A stretch of DNA of 49,260 nucleotides, counting the filler, from Catajapyx aquilonaris (taxonomy: Eukaryota), in assembly GCA_000934665.2 (NCBI GenBank). It is 2 parts of 2 records of this genome, joined end to end, with 100 filler letters (N's around TTAATTAATTAA, not from the genome) between each part and the next. Parts side by side here need not be neighbours in the genome. Positions count along the whole stretch, not along the records: positions 1 to 24,425 come from KZ539364.1; 1 more part is not named here. The stretch is one strand, 5' to 3'. Positions 1 through 10,880 of this stretch are shown here, in pieces. The notes under the pieces were generated by a model. The model worked only from the letters and a program-made list of their open reading frames with translations. It did no database searches and had not been told where the DNA came from. Positions within the stretch are counted from its first letter, which is position 1. Every line of letters starts with the position of its first letter. A program made the translations under genes and the position numbers.

Positions 1-1532
1 GAATCCCTCTTACATTAACAATGGAAAGTCGAACCTCGGAGTTTTTTAGTCTTTTCTTACTACCCACCCCACCTACCCCCAAACTTCGAACATTCCCAAA
101 ATCTAGGAGAGAAACTGAACTTAAATTAGTATGACTTGCGGTTCTCCCGATCATCTCTTCTCGACCAACAAGGAAAATAACTGGAATGAAGGTCAGGCAC
201 TCGCAGCAGCAAAATCAACTCACAAACTAAAATATAGATTAAGATTGCGTTTACGCTTCTTTGTGAATAATTACTGATAACCTCTGCTTAAAGGGATTGA
301 TATGAATTATTTATAACAAAACTGCTCCAGTACTGCTGGAAAAAAAATTCCCTCCAACATCCCGCAGGAGAGAGCAGGGCCAATCAGAATGCCAAGGAAA
401 GTGTAATTAATGCAAAAATCATTAAAAAATTGAAAAGTATTGGGATCCAATACTTCCCTTGCATGGGGCCCATCATTATGAGATGATTATCAATATTTAT
501 TCATAGAAACATTGTGCTAATTGACCTTTGGAATCACTCGTTTGCTCCGTGGCAAGTCCTGTGTTGGTGCAGTGCAATCCGCAGGACTCAGGCTTCTTCT
601 CACTGCCTTCTTTGTTACCCCACCTGCTCCATACCACGTTCCACATTCCTCGTATCATCTAAAATGCAGGTGGCACATGTAAAAATTGCAATGAAAGTCA
701 CTTAACCAGTTGAGCCCTTGGAGAGCATCCATTATTTTATCACAGATTGTCTGAGAGCTCAAAACAGGTCACAACGTACTCCAGACATAAAACACTGCAT
801 TGCATGTGAATGTAACTTGAATCTGCGATAGTTGCAATAGAATTACCTCAAACCAATGCCACAGCGGCTCCTGAGACGACCCTACTTCTGGCGCGTCTCT
901 GGTAACAAACACGGTGCATATAAATGTCCACACAACTTCGGAGAAAGGGCTGTATTATTTATGATACCCACCGATCCTATCGAAGTATGGATACTTTTAA
1001 AAAAAAAGTATCGAGTATTTTTGGAATCGATACTTACTGTCCGATACTTTATGAAAAGCGTCTCGAAGTGTAAGTTACCCTGTAGCCGGGAGCCTTGGTC
1101 TTGGTCCTTTACCCGCGCGCCACCAACGGTCATTCTGGAACTACCCGCGAACAAGGCGCGGGACTGTTTCAACGGGATGATTTAGTGTTGCACTATGAAA
1201 TTATTACGTACTTTTTTTTTAATTGTACCGGCGCCTGCCACACATGACTTTATGGGTCGATGTAACCCCTTTTGGCCCAGGCCGTATTTGATACAGTGAC
1301 GCCTAAATTTTCGACCCGACTTTTTTTTTTCTCTCCCTTTTATTTATTTTACTATTATTTTTGGGGTGCGGGGGAGAATATTCACTTGTAGGAATGTAGC
1401 CTATGTTACGCTCAAACCGCGAAAACGGCCATTGGAAGAAAATAACCGTCCAGGCTGCAGAATGCTCTATGCCTTATATGACCGTGCTCTATGCCAGCCC
1501 ACGGACACTACCCCTATCTTCTGGGCTTATCA

Positions 1533-1820
1533 CCTGCCGAGGGGTTTTGCAGCGGGTGCTCACCTGAGACCGCCACGAGACATTTCCCAGAGCATTTATG
1601 TGGCTACCCTATCGGACTAAGGCTGAACTTTACAGGTACGAAAGGGGAGGGCTACATTGGGGAGCCCAACATGGCCGCCGGCGGCCATGTTGGGCCAGCA
1701 TGTAGCGCTTCTCTTTCGTACCTGTAAAGTTCAGCCTCCGATAGGGTCGCCACATAAATGCTCTGGGAAATGTCTCGTGGCGGTCTCAGGTGAGCACCCG
1801 CTGCAAAACCCCTCGGCAGG
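1533..1820. repeat. ~288-bp foldback palindrome with no spacer (centre 1679/1680)
   Basis: The left arm CCTGCCGAGGGGTTTTGCAGCGGGTGCTCACCTGAGACCGCCACGAGAC... pairs with the right arm ...GTCTCGTGGCGGTCTCAGGTGAGCACCCGCTGCAAAACCCCTCGGCAGG. The centre is CCCAACATGGCCGCC|GGCGGCCATGTTGGG. There are a few mismatches and small indels. Confidence 0.92.
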
Positions 1821-2068
1821 GGGTGGGTGGGGAGTGATCTAACCTGAGTCTTCTACAACCATGCTCTATGCCATACAATCCATTCTGCAGAATGGATGGA
1901 TGTCAAATTGTCAAACCGTCCGTTCTGCAAAATTCTATTTTTAAAAAGGCCAGAACGCTTTCCTGGGCTAAACGTAAACGTCAGGACGCCACTTTTGTGT
2001 CGTGATGGCAGCTGGTTTAGAAGACGCCCATAACTCGTTGTGGCAGTTTCCTGTTTCCCACTGTGCCA

Positions 2069-2480
2069 CAGGGCCGGATTAAGGGCAGGGCCCAAGGGAC
2101 CCGGGCCCTGGGCCACCCACCAAGAGGGGGCCACCCACCAAGAGGGGGCCACCCACCAAGAGGGGGCCACCCACCAAGAGGGGGCCACCCACCAAGAGGG
2201 GGCCTCCCACCAATATAGTCAATAATATTTTTCTCTATGTGGGGAAATTCGTACATAATCCTACATGCCAGAAGTGCGATTTATTTTTTAATTATATAAT
2301 GACCACTGCTTTGTTAGGACTAGGGAAATCAGAATAACAACGTTTGCGACCTTTGCGTACCCTCGGATCATCTGTATATTGGGATGTCGAAAAAAANNNN
2401 NNNNNNNNNCCCCCCCCCCGAAACTATGGGCCTCCCACCAAAATGGGCCCCGGGCCACCCACATCCTTAATCCGGCGCTG
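2069..2480. mobile_element. Non-autonomous hAT-type element (MITE)
   Basis: TIRs are CAGGGCCGGATTAAG / CTTAATCCGGCGCTG. A perfect 8-bp TSD, CTGTGCCA, lies at 2061-2068 and 2481-2488, and 8-bp TSDs are typical of hAT. There is an internal N gap. Confidence 0.9.
2111..2212. repeat. 18-bp tandem array (CCACCCACCAAGAGGGGG x ~5.5) inside the hAT MITE
   Basis: The units are directly visible. The motif GGGCC(A/T)CCCAC recurs near the right end (~2428, ~2452). Confidence 0.93.
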
Positions 2481-2610
2481 CTGTGCCATGTAGATGCTGG
2501 AAATAAATCACCCTATTGTTGTTTGGCAAATGGTTGAAATACTTAACATTTGATGATGCCGGTGTTTATTTTCCATGAAATATTACCGTACCTGCTTCGT
2601 AAGAGCATTA

Positions 2611-2875
2611 AGAGGCGGGATTCCAATGGCCCCTAGGTCCGTTTGTGTCCTTTTCAGATTTGAGTTTTTGTTGTCATAAAGTATATACCGTATGGACTTA
2701 TGTGGCTTTGGAAAAATCCTCCGATTTCCGTGCTTGGACCTAGAGCGACCTAGAGACATTTGGTGTATTCTGACCTCAGGAGGAGGTGGGGAGTATATAC
2801 CATTAAGCTACCAATCGATGTCCTCAGCTCATTTTTCTTGAAAATTGACTTAGGGGACCTTGGAATCCGCCTCTG
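2611..2875. mobile_element. Degenerate MITE with ~29-bp TIRs
   Basis: AGAGGCGGGATTCCAATGGCCCCTAGGTC pairs imperfectly with GACTTAGGGGACCTTGGAATCCGCCTCTG. No clean TSD. Confidence 0.6.
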
Positions 2876-5293
2876 GCGTTCTAACACTTAGTCACACTTA
2901 GAATAAGATTTAGTATTGCTTGAACGACATTTACAATTCTTATCAATTAGTACTTTTTGCAACTGCGACTTACGAATCCCTGCTTACTACCTGGACTTAA
3001 AAGCTGAAGCGGATCGAAGAGATACAGATCTGGTGGAAGGAACTTCGTTCAGATCTATAAAATTGGAATTAGCAGGTGTGAACTCTGCGAGCATACAGCA
3101 TCTCTCAAATGCCTTCTTTGGTGCCCAACTGGTAGAGCCCAGATGCTTTAACGGAACCTAAAACAACCCCTGACACATTCCTATAGGAGCCAAAAACATT
3201 CTCAATCGACTTCAGGTACTCTGTTCAGAGTTTTCATGCTGAAGCTGAACAAATCGAAGCTGCTGCCATCCTGAGAAATCTATTTCATCGAAAACTCAGG
3301 AAAATAATGTGATTTAAAGGATAACAGGAATTCAGTAAAAATTTAAAATGCGGGTATTTCAGCCTTGAGTGCGGGTAGGAAAAGTCAGAGCCCTCCTACG
3401 AGGAACTACTTGGGCATCGAGGGAACAGTTGTTGTGGTACTCTTATTAGAGTGGTTGTTGGAGCGGTCGTTGTCGTTGGAGGAGGTGTGGACACTCTTAC
3501 AGTGGTTGTACGATATATGAATACATGATTTTTAATGTCCGCCTTGCATTCCATGTAGGCCTATCCCAAGTCCTGGACATGGGATTTGGGGCATATAGAC
3601 GAGGGATCTGTTTCTGGCCTTTCCGACTGGACTTGACATTTTTGCTTCTTGGGCAGTTGCCACACATACGTGAGAGTAACTTCCCACCGATAACTCAATT
3701 TCGAGAAAAGATGGACTTGGGAGGTGTGGCATCTTGGCTATTCAATTATTATCTTATAAACTGAAAACGTGATATTGCAACCAAATTTATTAATCTTGTG
3801 TAGGCCTATCTCCCTAGGAAGATAACCTGCAGTACATTGGAATGCATCAATTACAAGAAATAAAAATAAAAATAAAAATAACGTGCAAATCAAAGCGATG
3901 CCTCAGCCCAGTTCTAGCTGCTCCCTGCTGTCTATCTAAAAGAAAAACAGGGAATTGTTCAAACAGCAATACTTTGTATACGTGCTGCCGTGCTGGTACA
4001 AATACTGATACACATTTAAACCTTCAATACATAGACAACACTGCATTAATTGAGGACATCAAATTATACCCACAAAAATCAATAAAAGAGATAGAACAAC
4101 ATCTTCCTCAAAACCATATAAAAATGGACCAAACCAGAACAAAAACATCGATTTTACAAATAAACTGACATATTAAAAAGTCTGACATGTTTGATTCGCT
4201 TTTCAGTGGCATGCGGGATTCTAATGGGAGGCAATTAATGCCAGCTGGCGGACTTCAATGATACCATTACTCAATCCATATTTTAAAATAATAATAATTT
4301 ATTTACTCAAAAATACTTCCCACAGCTCAAAATGAGGAAATCAACATGCATAAAAATTGAAGTCGCGCTTTGTTATTTTATTTAAAAGCTTCTTACCCCG
4401 GCCCCACACAATTACCGTATTGTATCAGGGTACTTCCTGAAATTAGAAACAGGACTAGTCCAAGCAAGATAGAGAGTTTCTAAACTATCAATCAAATAGA
4501 TAATGAAACTATCATAGACACAAAATAATATTGATATCGGTCTCAGCAATAGTGTCGACACAACTGTTCAAACTATCCGCCCAAAGCAAGCCTAAAGAAT
4601 AGCTGCAAAATATAATGTTGGACAGGGAATGCCGTTTACACGTATGTAAGACAAGTTAACAACATAATGAATACAGAGATACAGTACAATTGAGTAGGCC
4701 AGAATGCAAGTGACCCAAGTCCAGGTTTTATATCTCAGGTTTTATATATTTTATATCTCAGCCCTTATGTCAACAGCATCATCATACTAAACATATATAG
4801 ATGTCTTCTCCTGTCCTGAATGGGGGATAAAAAGTTTTGAGGAAGAAACAAAACAACCAGTTATTTATGCAGTTTTTGTGTCTCCTGAAAAATTGGACTT
4901 AGGCCAGTTGCATTCTAGGCTATTTATTGCAACAAATCAAATGATAGAAACAATTACTGATAAGTCACTACAATAATTATGTCCTTTTCATGTGACATAA
5001 CTTAGAGGAGAGTTGGACGGATTGAATCAAAGCTGATAGCAAAAAGATTATTAGGCACTGGGAGTCGAACCCGCCCACACCCTTTACCCACGCCCCACCA
5101 CTATCCCCCTCCTATCAACTGTGATTTCATACTGATATGAAATCACAGTGTGATAATTTGACAAATTTGCACACTAAAATCACCCCACTTTACTGTGAAT
5201 TGCTTTTTACGAAGATTTATAATGTGTAAACTTGTGATATCATCCTCTCCAGCACTGTGCAGGCCTACAACAATTGACGTATAGTCCTGAGCT

Positions 5294-5966
5294 CTAAGCA
5301 TTTCCAATTTCCCACTCCTCCACCCAACGCCTACATATGGGGCATGTTCGGTTTTCGCCAATGCGTTTCAGCCATTTATGGATACAAACTGCATGAAATA
5401 CGTGGGAACAGGCCAATTTGCGTACGAATGCACCAGGAACATACTCAATGAAACACACGGTGCACTTTTCGCCTTCCTCCAGGTCGCCGTCTTTGTATAA
5501 CCATGCCACCGGCTCAGGAACCCAGTATCCCAGAGACTTCTTGACCTTTCGGATCATCGCCTGGACAAGCATAACTAGCCTTGCCATCATGTAACTGATG
5601 GCATTCGGCTCTAGGTCATCATGGTCTTCTTCTGGCTGCTCGTTCTGCAGGCCATTGCCCGTGAAGAGGTGTAAAATCACTAGTTGCAGTGGCAGTCCAA
5701 CAATGACTAAATTCAGCCTGCGGCTCATCGTGATGTAGACGAAAAGGACGGCGGCCAAGATATAGCGGTTGTAGGAGATCCTGAGAAGGACAGACCGCAT
5801 GAAGGTAGCTGTTTCAGTCACCAAGAATGACTGAAACATGCTGTGTGTCCATCCCGAGTTCGAGTTGTCTGACTCTTCCTGCCTGTCGTAGTTGCTGCGC
5901 CCCCAAATTATGCCTATGTTGCAGATGAGGTACATGGACACGCTTAGGACGACTCTTCTCCCGATG
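5294..5966 (-). CDS. RNF103: RNF103-like coding exon 4 (TM segments + RING-H2)
   Basis: Acceptor cactcttttag. Encodes CTVCFIEYVPGAFVRKLACSHVFHAVCIHKWLKRIGENRTCPIC. TAG at 5296-5294. Confidence 0.92.
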
Positions 5967-8900
5967 CTAAAAGAGTGATACAATGCATTATTATTAGTGG
6001 TTTATTAGAGATGACTAATCTTGTAGCAGTTACAACTTATGCAATATTACCAGAAACTTTGCAGCTTGTAAAAATCTTTAGGTTAACAGATTGGCCAATG
6101 AATATAGACACATTAGCCTACTACTCCACATGGGCAAGGTGCACAATAAATTCGGTTAACAGTGTAATGTGTCATGTTGTTTAAATAATTGTAGACTTCA
6201 GGCCTACTACAACAGAAACCTGACTTGATCATCATCAGGATTACAATCATTGTACTATGACTGACTTAATTTTGACCAAAATTCCATTTTTATTTTGCTG
6301 CTGATAACAATTACTGGATCCCCGTATTGCTAGATCGAGCAGGCATAGGAAACGCGATGCAAAGCATTGAAAGCAACTACCATTTTGTCAAAATAATCTT
6401 TATTGGCTTGCTGGCGATATTTACTTTTTTTCTCGTCAGGGAACCCTATACAGGGTGTTCATAAAAAACACCGACACACCTATATCACCCCCGACCTAGG
6501 GACCAGACGATCACATTATGTAGAGGAGTGATTATTCCTGGGCCGCCTCATTACCGCGCAAATTGCCTTCAAACAGGTAGTATAAAATATCCTGGAAGTT
6601 AGGCCACCCAACGAACCTCCAAACCTTCCAGACCCTTGTGACTGGGGAACAGTCACAAGGGTCTGGAAGGTCTGGGGCCCGGACTTTGTTGGTTTGTTGC
6701 CCACAGGTGGTAAGGCCTCTATGACTAGTTACACCTGTAAATTCTATTTAAAAGTCAGAAGGAGGCATTAGGCAAAAATAGCTAATCAGCAACGAGTCAA
6801 TTATCTCAGTAATGAGGCGGTGTAGACACAATAACTCCTCTACATAAAATGACCCTCACGTTACCATTGGCCACTGGTTATCAGTTTGTCGGTGTTTTTC
6901 ATGAACACCCTGTATAGATCTCTGTAAATCTTTGTGGGAACAATGCGCAATAGTAAAACGAGTAAAACCAAAGGGGAAATCACTTAGTAAGTCCGTTGTA
7001 CACCGACAAGTAAGTCCAACAAGTCTGCCCTATAAGTCCGATATTCTGTAAGCGGTCAGTTGTACAGTCAGGCACATCATGATTTTCCCTCTCGAGTAAA
7101 ACTGATATTGTTCGCAATGACTTACCTCATGACAGATCTCGCCGCAATCAGGAAGGTCAAGTAGTGCACAAGTAAGAGGAAGGAACACATCTGCAGGAAA
7201 AAGATCGTCACCTCATCATTGTCGTTCACGTGCAAGGATCCCAGAAAAAAGCTGAAAGATTCCGGTGTCAGAAATTCTCCGAGGTTATCCCCATAAACTA
7301 TTCCCCTAGCAGATGTAAAGACAAAATAAGCAGGGAGATGGTCGATTCCAGCAACATTCTTGACGAAGGACTTATCCTGCTTCGATCTGACTCGGTACAT
7401 TGCAAATGTAGTCTTGGTAGGACGGGAGAGGCTCAGACCTTGTAAGAACGTTGGATACTTTTTAAGGGTGGTCAGGTAAAGGACGTGGACGTCAGAATTA
7501 GGATCTTGTTTTGATGAAATCAAGCATCTCTTGTTCTCTGGATCCATGCTCTTCCAGTACTCAGTCAGATTCTTCACTTGGTACACTTTGGATCCCAATA
7601 GTTTTCGCACCCAGGTTACTACGGTTGGGGCTCTTGGCTTCCGCTTGCTTTTCATAACCTTGGTGGTCGTACTCCGTGGGTGTACAAACCAGATATTGGG
7701 TTTCTTCAAGCATGGGCTGCAATAGAGAAGTCGAACACAAATGAGCCAAAATCATGGGCATTCAGCGAGGTTGGCCGCCTCCAAGATGCGGAAAGGTTCA
7801 CTGGTCATGCAGGAGTAATATCAGCATGAATGCTGTAACACCAACGGTATAGCTGCATAGCTTTCACTGATGTTTATCATCTACATCGTACAATAACATG
7901 ATTATACAGTACTATACTGTATATATCTTGGTATACATGGCAATGATAATTACGATCAGTCTCAAAAGTCAAATATTCATCTGCTGATAGGCTGACTAGG
8001 TGATAGAGAGAAAAGCTGTTCCACCTAATAAAATCTACTAGGTAGAAAATTAATGAGATTTTTAACGAGAAAAATGGAATAGCATTTGAGATCTTCACGT
8101 AGTGGATATGAAACTTGAAACGATGCTGTAGTGTAACAAATGAGTTGGCTATAGTGTGGCAGGGTGGCAGTAGCTATTACTTCACCTTAATTGGTTTCCA
8201 CAAAGCTGGACTTCTCCAACATGCACCCCCAAAGGAAAGACTGCAGCAGTCACTCTCATCCAAGCCCTGCGATCCAGGATACGTTGATCACCTGAGCCTA
8301 CTCCTTGAATCAGCCACGAAGTGTTTGTCTTCTCCAAGTCCTCCAAATTTTCATAAGGAAAGATCGTGAATACTGGATAATCCTTTTCTGGGTTGTGTAC
8401 TACACCAGTGAAATAAACCTCTTCGTCCATGAGGATTTTGCCTTAGAATAAAGACATAGTTTAATATGGTTAGGCAATTAATAATAGAAGAATATTACAC
8501 TTGTAAGCATGGTTTACAGTAATACAGGGTATGAAATGTTCTGCGCACATGTGTGCCAAATTATAGGCCTACTTGTAGTCTGTATGGAAGCAATGAGGCA
8601 GTGTCTAGGCCCCAATGCCTTATTTTAATCTCACCGTGCAAGACAGTCATAGCAAAATAAAATAAAATAAAATAAAATAAAATAAATCTCTGTGCGATAA
8701 GGCCCGATTGACTGTGCGTCGGTGTAATGTGGTTTATGGGATAATTACAAAGTTACAATAATTATCATATGTTAGTATAAGTTTCAACAGTTGCTTATTT
8801 CGAATTCGTAGCATGATGACTCCTTCAGGTCAATCTTTATCGTACCAATTCATTATCAAAGGGTGATTCAATAAAATTAATAATAGAATAACGACCAGTT

Positions 8901-9005
8901 CCACCAACCGTCTGATACTTGGGATCTTAAAAAACTATAGTAGCCGTTCTCACTACCTAAACCCCGAGGATTCATTTATTCATGTAAAATGACATGGATT
9001 AAAAG

Positions 9006-9083
<78 letters not shown>

Positions 9084-9342
9084 AATCATAATAATAATAA
9101 TAGCCTACTGAATGTTGCGTACCTGACCCTTGTACTAAGTGCACAAGCTCCTTATCGTGCAGGCCCTCACCATAGTAGATACCCCTTATGTCAAGCAGAG
9201 CCTCTAGTTGAGGGCCTACTAAGTTAGTAGGGTCAGCTGTCTTTGTCATGGCATACATGAGCCATGACTTCATCTCAAGGAAATTCACAAAAATTAGTGT
9301 CGAGATGAATGTTACGACACATCTGCGGCTTAAGCACAACAT
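5294..9342 (-). CDS. RNF103: RNF103/KF-1-like multi-pass membrane RING-H2 E3 ubiquitin ligase; exons 9342-9123, 8441-8186, 7716-7126, 5966-5294 (1740 nt, 579 aa)
   Basis: Four GT-AG exons join in compatible phases (1,2,2) into one ORF. Segments match recalled RNF103 colinearly: DPTNLVGPQLEALLDIRG ~ DPVALSFKKLKTILECRG; KYPTFLQGLSL ~ QPPAFFSALSI; LPAYFVFTSARGIVYGDNLGEFLTPESFSFFLGSL ~ MPSYILRTPEGIYRYGNHTGEFISLQAMDSFLRSL. A C3H2C3 RING is at the C-terminus. Confidence 0.85.
6451..6912. mobile_element. Tc1/mariner-type MITE in the last RNF103 intron
   Basis: TA|CAGGGTGTTCATAAAAAACACCGAC ... GTCGGTGTTTTTCATGAACACCCTG|TA. Imperfect inner arms (TGTAGAGGAGT..CCGCCTCATTAC / GTAATGAGGCGG..ACTCCTCTACA). 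Confidence 0.9.
7126..7716 (-). CDS. RNF103: RNF103-like coding exon 3
   Basis: Acceptor cttctctattgcag and donor gtaagt. Matches ORF 7122-7709 and ends in a hydrophobic segment. Confidence 0.88.
8186..8441 (-). CDS. RNF103: RNF103-like coding exon 2
   Basis: Acceptor ttattctaag and donor gtgaag. Encodes ...SWLIQGVGSGDQRILDRRAWMRVTAAVFPLGVHVGEVQLC... Confidence 0.8.
8654..8686. repeat. (AAAAT)n microsatellite
   Basis: Directly visible. Confidence 0.9.
9007..9101. repeat. Compound (TAA)n(CAT)n microsatellite
   Basis: Directly visible and intronic. It explains the poly-Y/poly-D tail of ORF 9007-9399. Confidence 0.95.
9123..9342 (-). CDS. RNF103: RNF103-like coding exon 1 (hydrophobic N-terminus ...LVQGSG)
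   Basis: ATG at 9342 (MLCLSRRCVVTFISTLIFVNF...). Donor GT at 9122-9121. An upstream acceptor (ttttacag, ~9363) implies a further 5' exon that I could not place. Confidence 0.8.
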
Positions 9343-9536
9343 CACAGGCACTGGGGCACCACCTGTAAAATAAACCATTGTAAATGACAGGCATGACACA
9401 TTTGAATTTCATGTTGACATTATTGCTATTCATGTAACTAAATCAGTAATTGCTTGGTAATTGGTTTACTATTTAATGAAAGAAAATTCAGCAATTATCT
9501 TTATTCGATATACATTATAGTGTACTGTATCCTGTA

Positions 9537-10535
9537 CAGGGTGATAGAAAAAGAATGTGCGGATTTAAAAACCCTAGCACTCGTAAACTTGTAGACATAT
9601 CTAAAGGATTTAAGTTTTGAAATGCTAAGAAAGGCCTAAAGTTTTGGTCTTACCATACATGTAGTGTGTTTCGATATGAGCTCCATTTGTCGCTAGAAAA
9701 ATGTAAATACAGAAATCGGTGTCGTGCCTAACCTGCTAAAGCATGTCTGGCGTTACCTTTGCAATCTTTTCCCGTAGGTGCTGGAGATGCCTCATTCAAG
9801 ACTTCGCACACTGGGAGGCTGAACAAATGAAGCATTCCTACGGCAGGTTTGTTTCATGAATGAGGCGAGTTTTTCTGTGCATCATCAAGAACAATATTTT
9901 TTTTATTTTTTTTATTTATTTTGCCCCGTGATGTCCCTTATGGGAGCTATAGGGGGGTGGCATACCACCATCAGTTTTCTGATATATTTTCGCTTCAATC
10001 ACCGGTGCAAGGAAACAGGGACAATGGGAAAGGATAGGGATTTTTGGGGAGGGAACATGGGTGCAAGGTACAATGTCGTAGCTAATGGGTCATGTGCTGT
10101 TCCCCAGGAGGTTAGGTTGCCAGACACCTCCTTGGTGCAGGTCAGAGACCCTCCCGACGCAGGTGAAAGGAAAGTTCCCCAGGCGGGGATCGAACCTGGG
10201 GCCTTTCACTCAGCAAGCCGTGACGTTACCATCACGGCCACCACACCTCCCCCATCAAGAACAATATGTGTGGTGTAGAGACCAATCACCTCCAGCACCT
10301 ACGGGATAGGATTGCAATGGTACCTCCAGATATGATCGAGAGGGTTTGGCACGAGACCGAATACCGCCTTTTAAAAACTTCCGAGAGACAAATAAAGCTC
10401 ACATTGAATCAAACTAAAGTGAGAGCAAAACTTTAGACCTTTTTTAGCATATCAAAATTTTAAACATTTTGATATGTCTACAAGTTTTCGAGTTATAGGG
10501 GTTTAAAATCCGCGCATTCTTTTTCGATCACCCTG
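9537..10535. mobile_element. Foldback IS630-Tc1-mariner deletion derivative (copy 1) with a nested SINE
   Basis: TA|CAGGGTGATAGAAAAAGAATGTGCGGATTT ... AAATCCGCGCATTCTTTTTCGATCACCCTG. Each ~250-bp arm encodes a decayed transposase C-terminus (HLQHLRDRIAMVPPDMIERVWHETEYRL; HLQHLREKIAKVTPDML*QVRHDTDF..ATNGAHIET). Confidence 0.85.
9898..10252 (-). mobile_element. Full-length tRNA-derived SINE (family A)
   Basis: A box TGGCCGTGATGG, B box GGTTCGATCCC and an A-rich tail. A 15-bp TSD, CATCAAGAACAATAT, lies at 9883-9897 and 10253-10267. Confidence 0.9.
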
Positions 10536-10880
10536 GTACTTATCCCAAACCAGTGACCAATATACTAGTATATTGTGTGCAGCAAATTTTCACAACTCAG
10601 AGAACGAATAAGTAAGATCTGAGTCTCACTTTTCCATAAATAATGTCATAGGAACGATTTACACTAAAAAGTGACTTGATATTTAAAGTAATGAATTTCC
10701 CAGAATAATTGATGCCAAAATTAAGGAAAGTTTTGTAGGGCATCAAATAAGAGAGTGATATAAGATTCAAAATTTGAAGAGCCATACACGCAGTAAAAAA
10801 AACACATATGAAAGTCTTTCCAAATTGTTATCAAAAACTTCTCGGAAAAAGCTAAGGCAGCAGAAAATTATCTCGACTTA

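Noticed and set aside
1076..1100. TACCCTGTAGCCGGG resembles miR-10/miR-993
   Set aside because: Only the first 10 nt match and there is no complementary star arm nearby.
2111..2212. CRISPR-like array or repeat protein (WWVAPS / HQEGAT / GGWPPL ORFs)
   Set aside because: Contiguous identical units with no spacers, no cas genes, and it lies inside a TSD-flanked MITE.
2916..3764. Protein-like short ORFs and a Thr-rich frame (possible decayed gene)
   Set aside because: Interrupted by stops, with no recognisable family or consistent splice model.
5055..5075. B-box-like motif as a tRNA gene (also ~25980)
   Set aside because: No cloverleaf; at most a SINE relic.
8797..8832. Penelope-type hammerhead-like motif on the minus strand (CTGAAG..GAAA); also CTGATGA at ~14446
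   Set aside because: The CUGANGA core or stem II is broken and no stems I/III are evident.
10597..10785. 62-aa ORF as the first RNF103 coding exon
   Set aside because: Its donor is phase 0 but the next exon needs phase 1. The ATG at 9342 already aligns with the RNF103 N-terminus.
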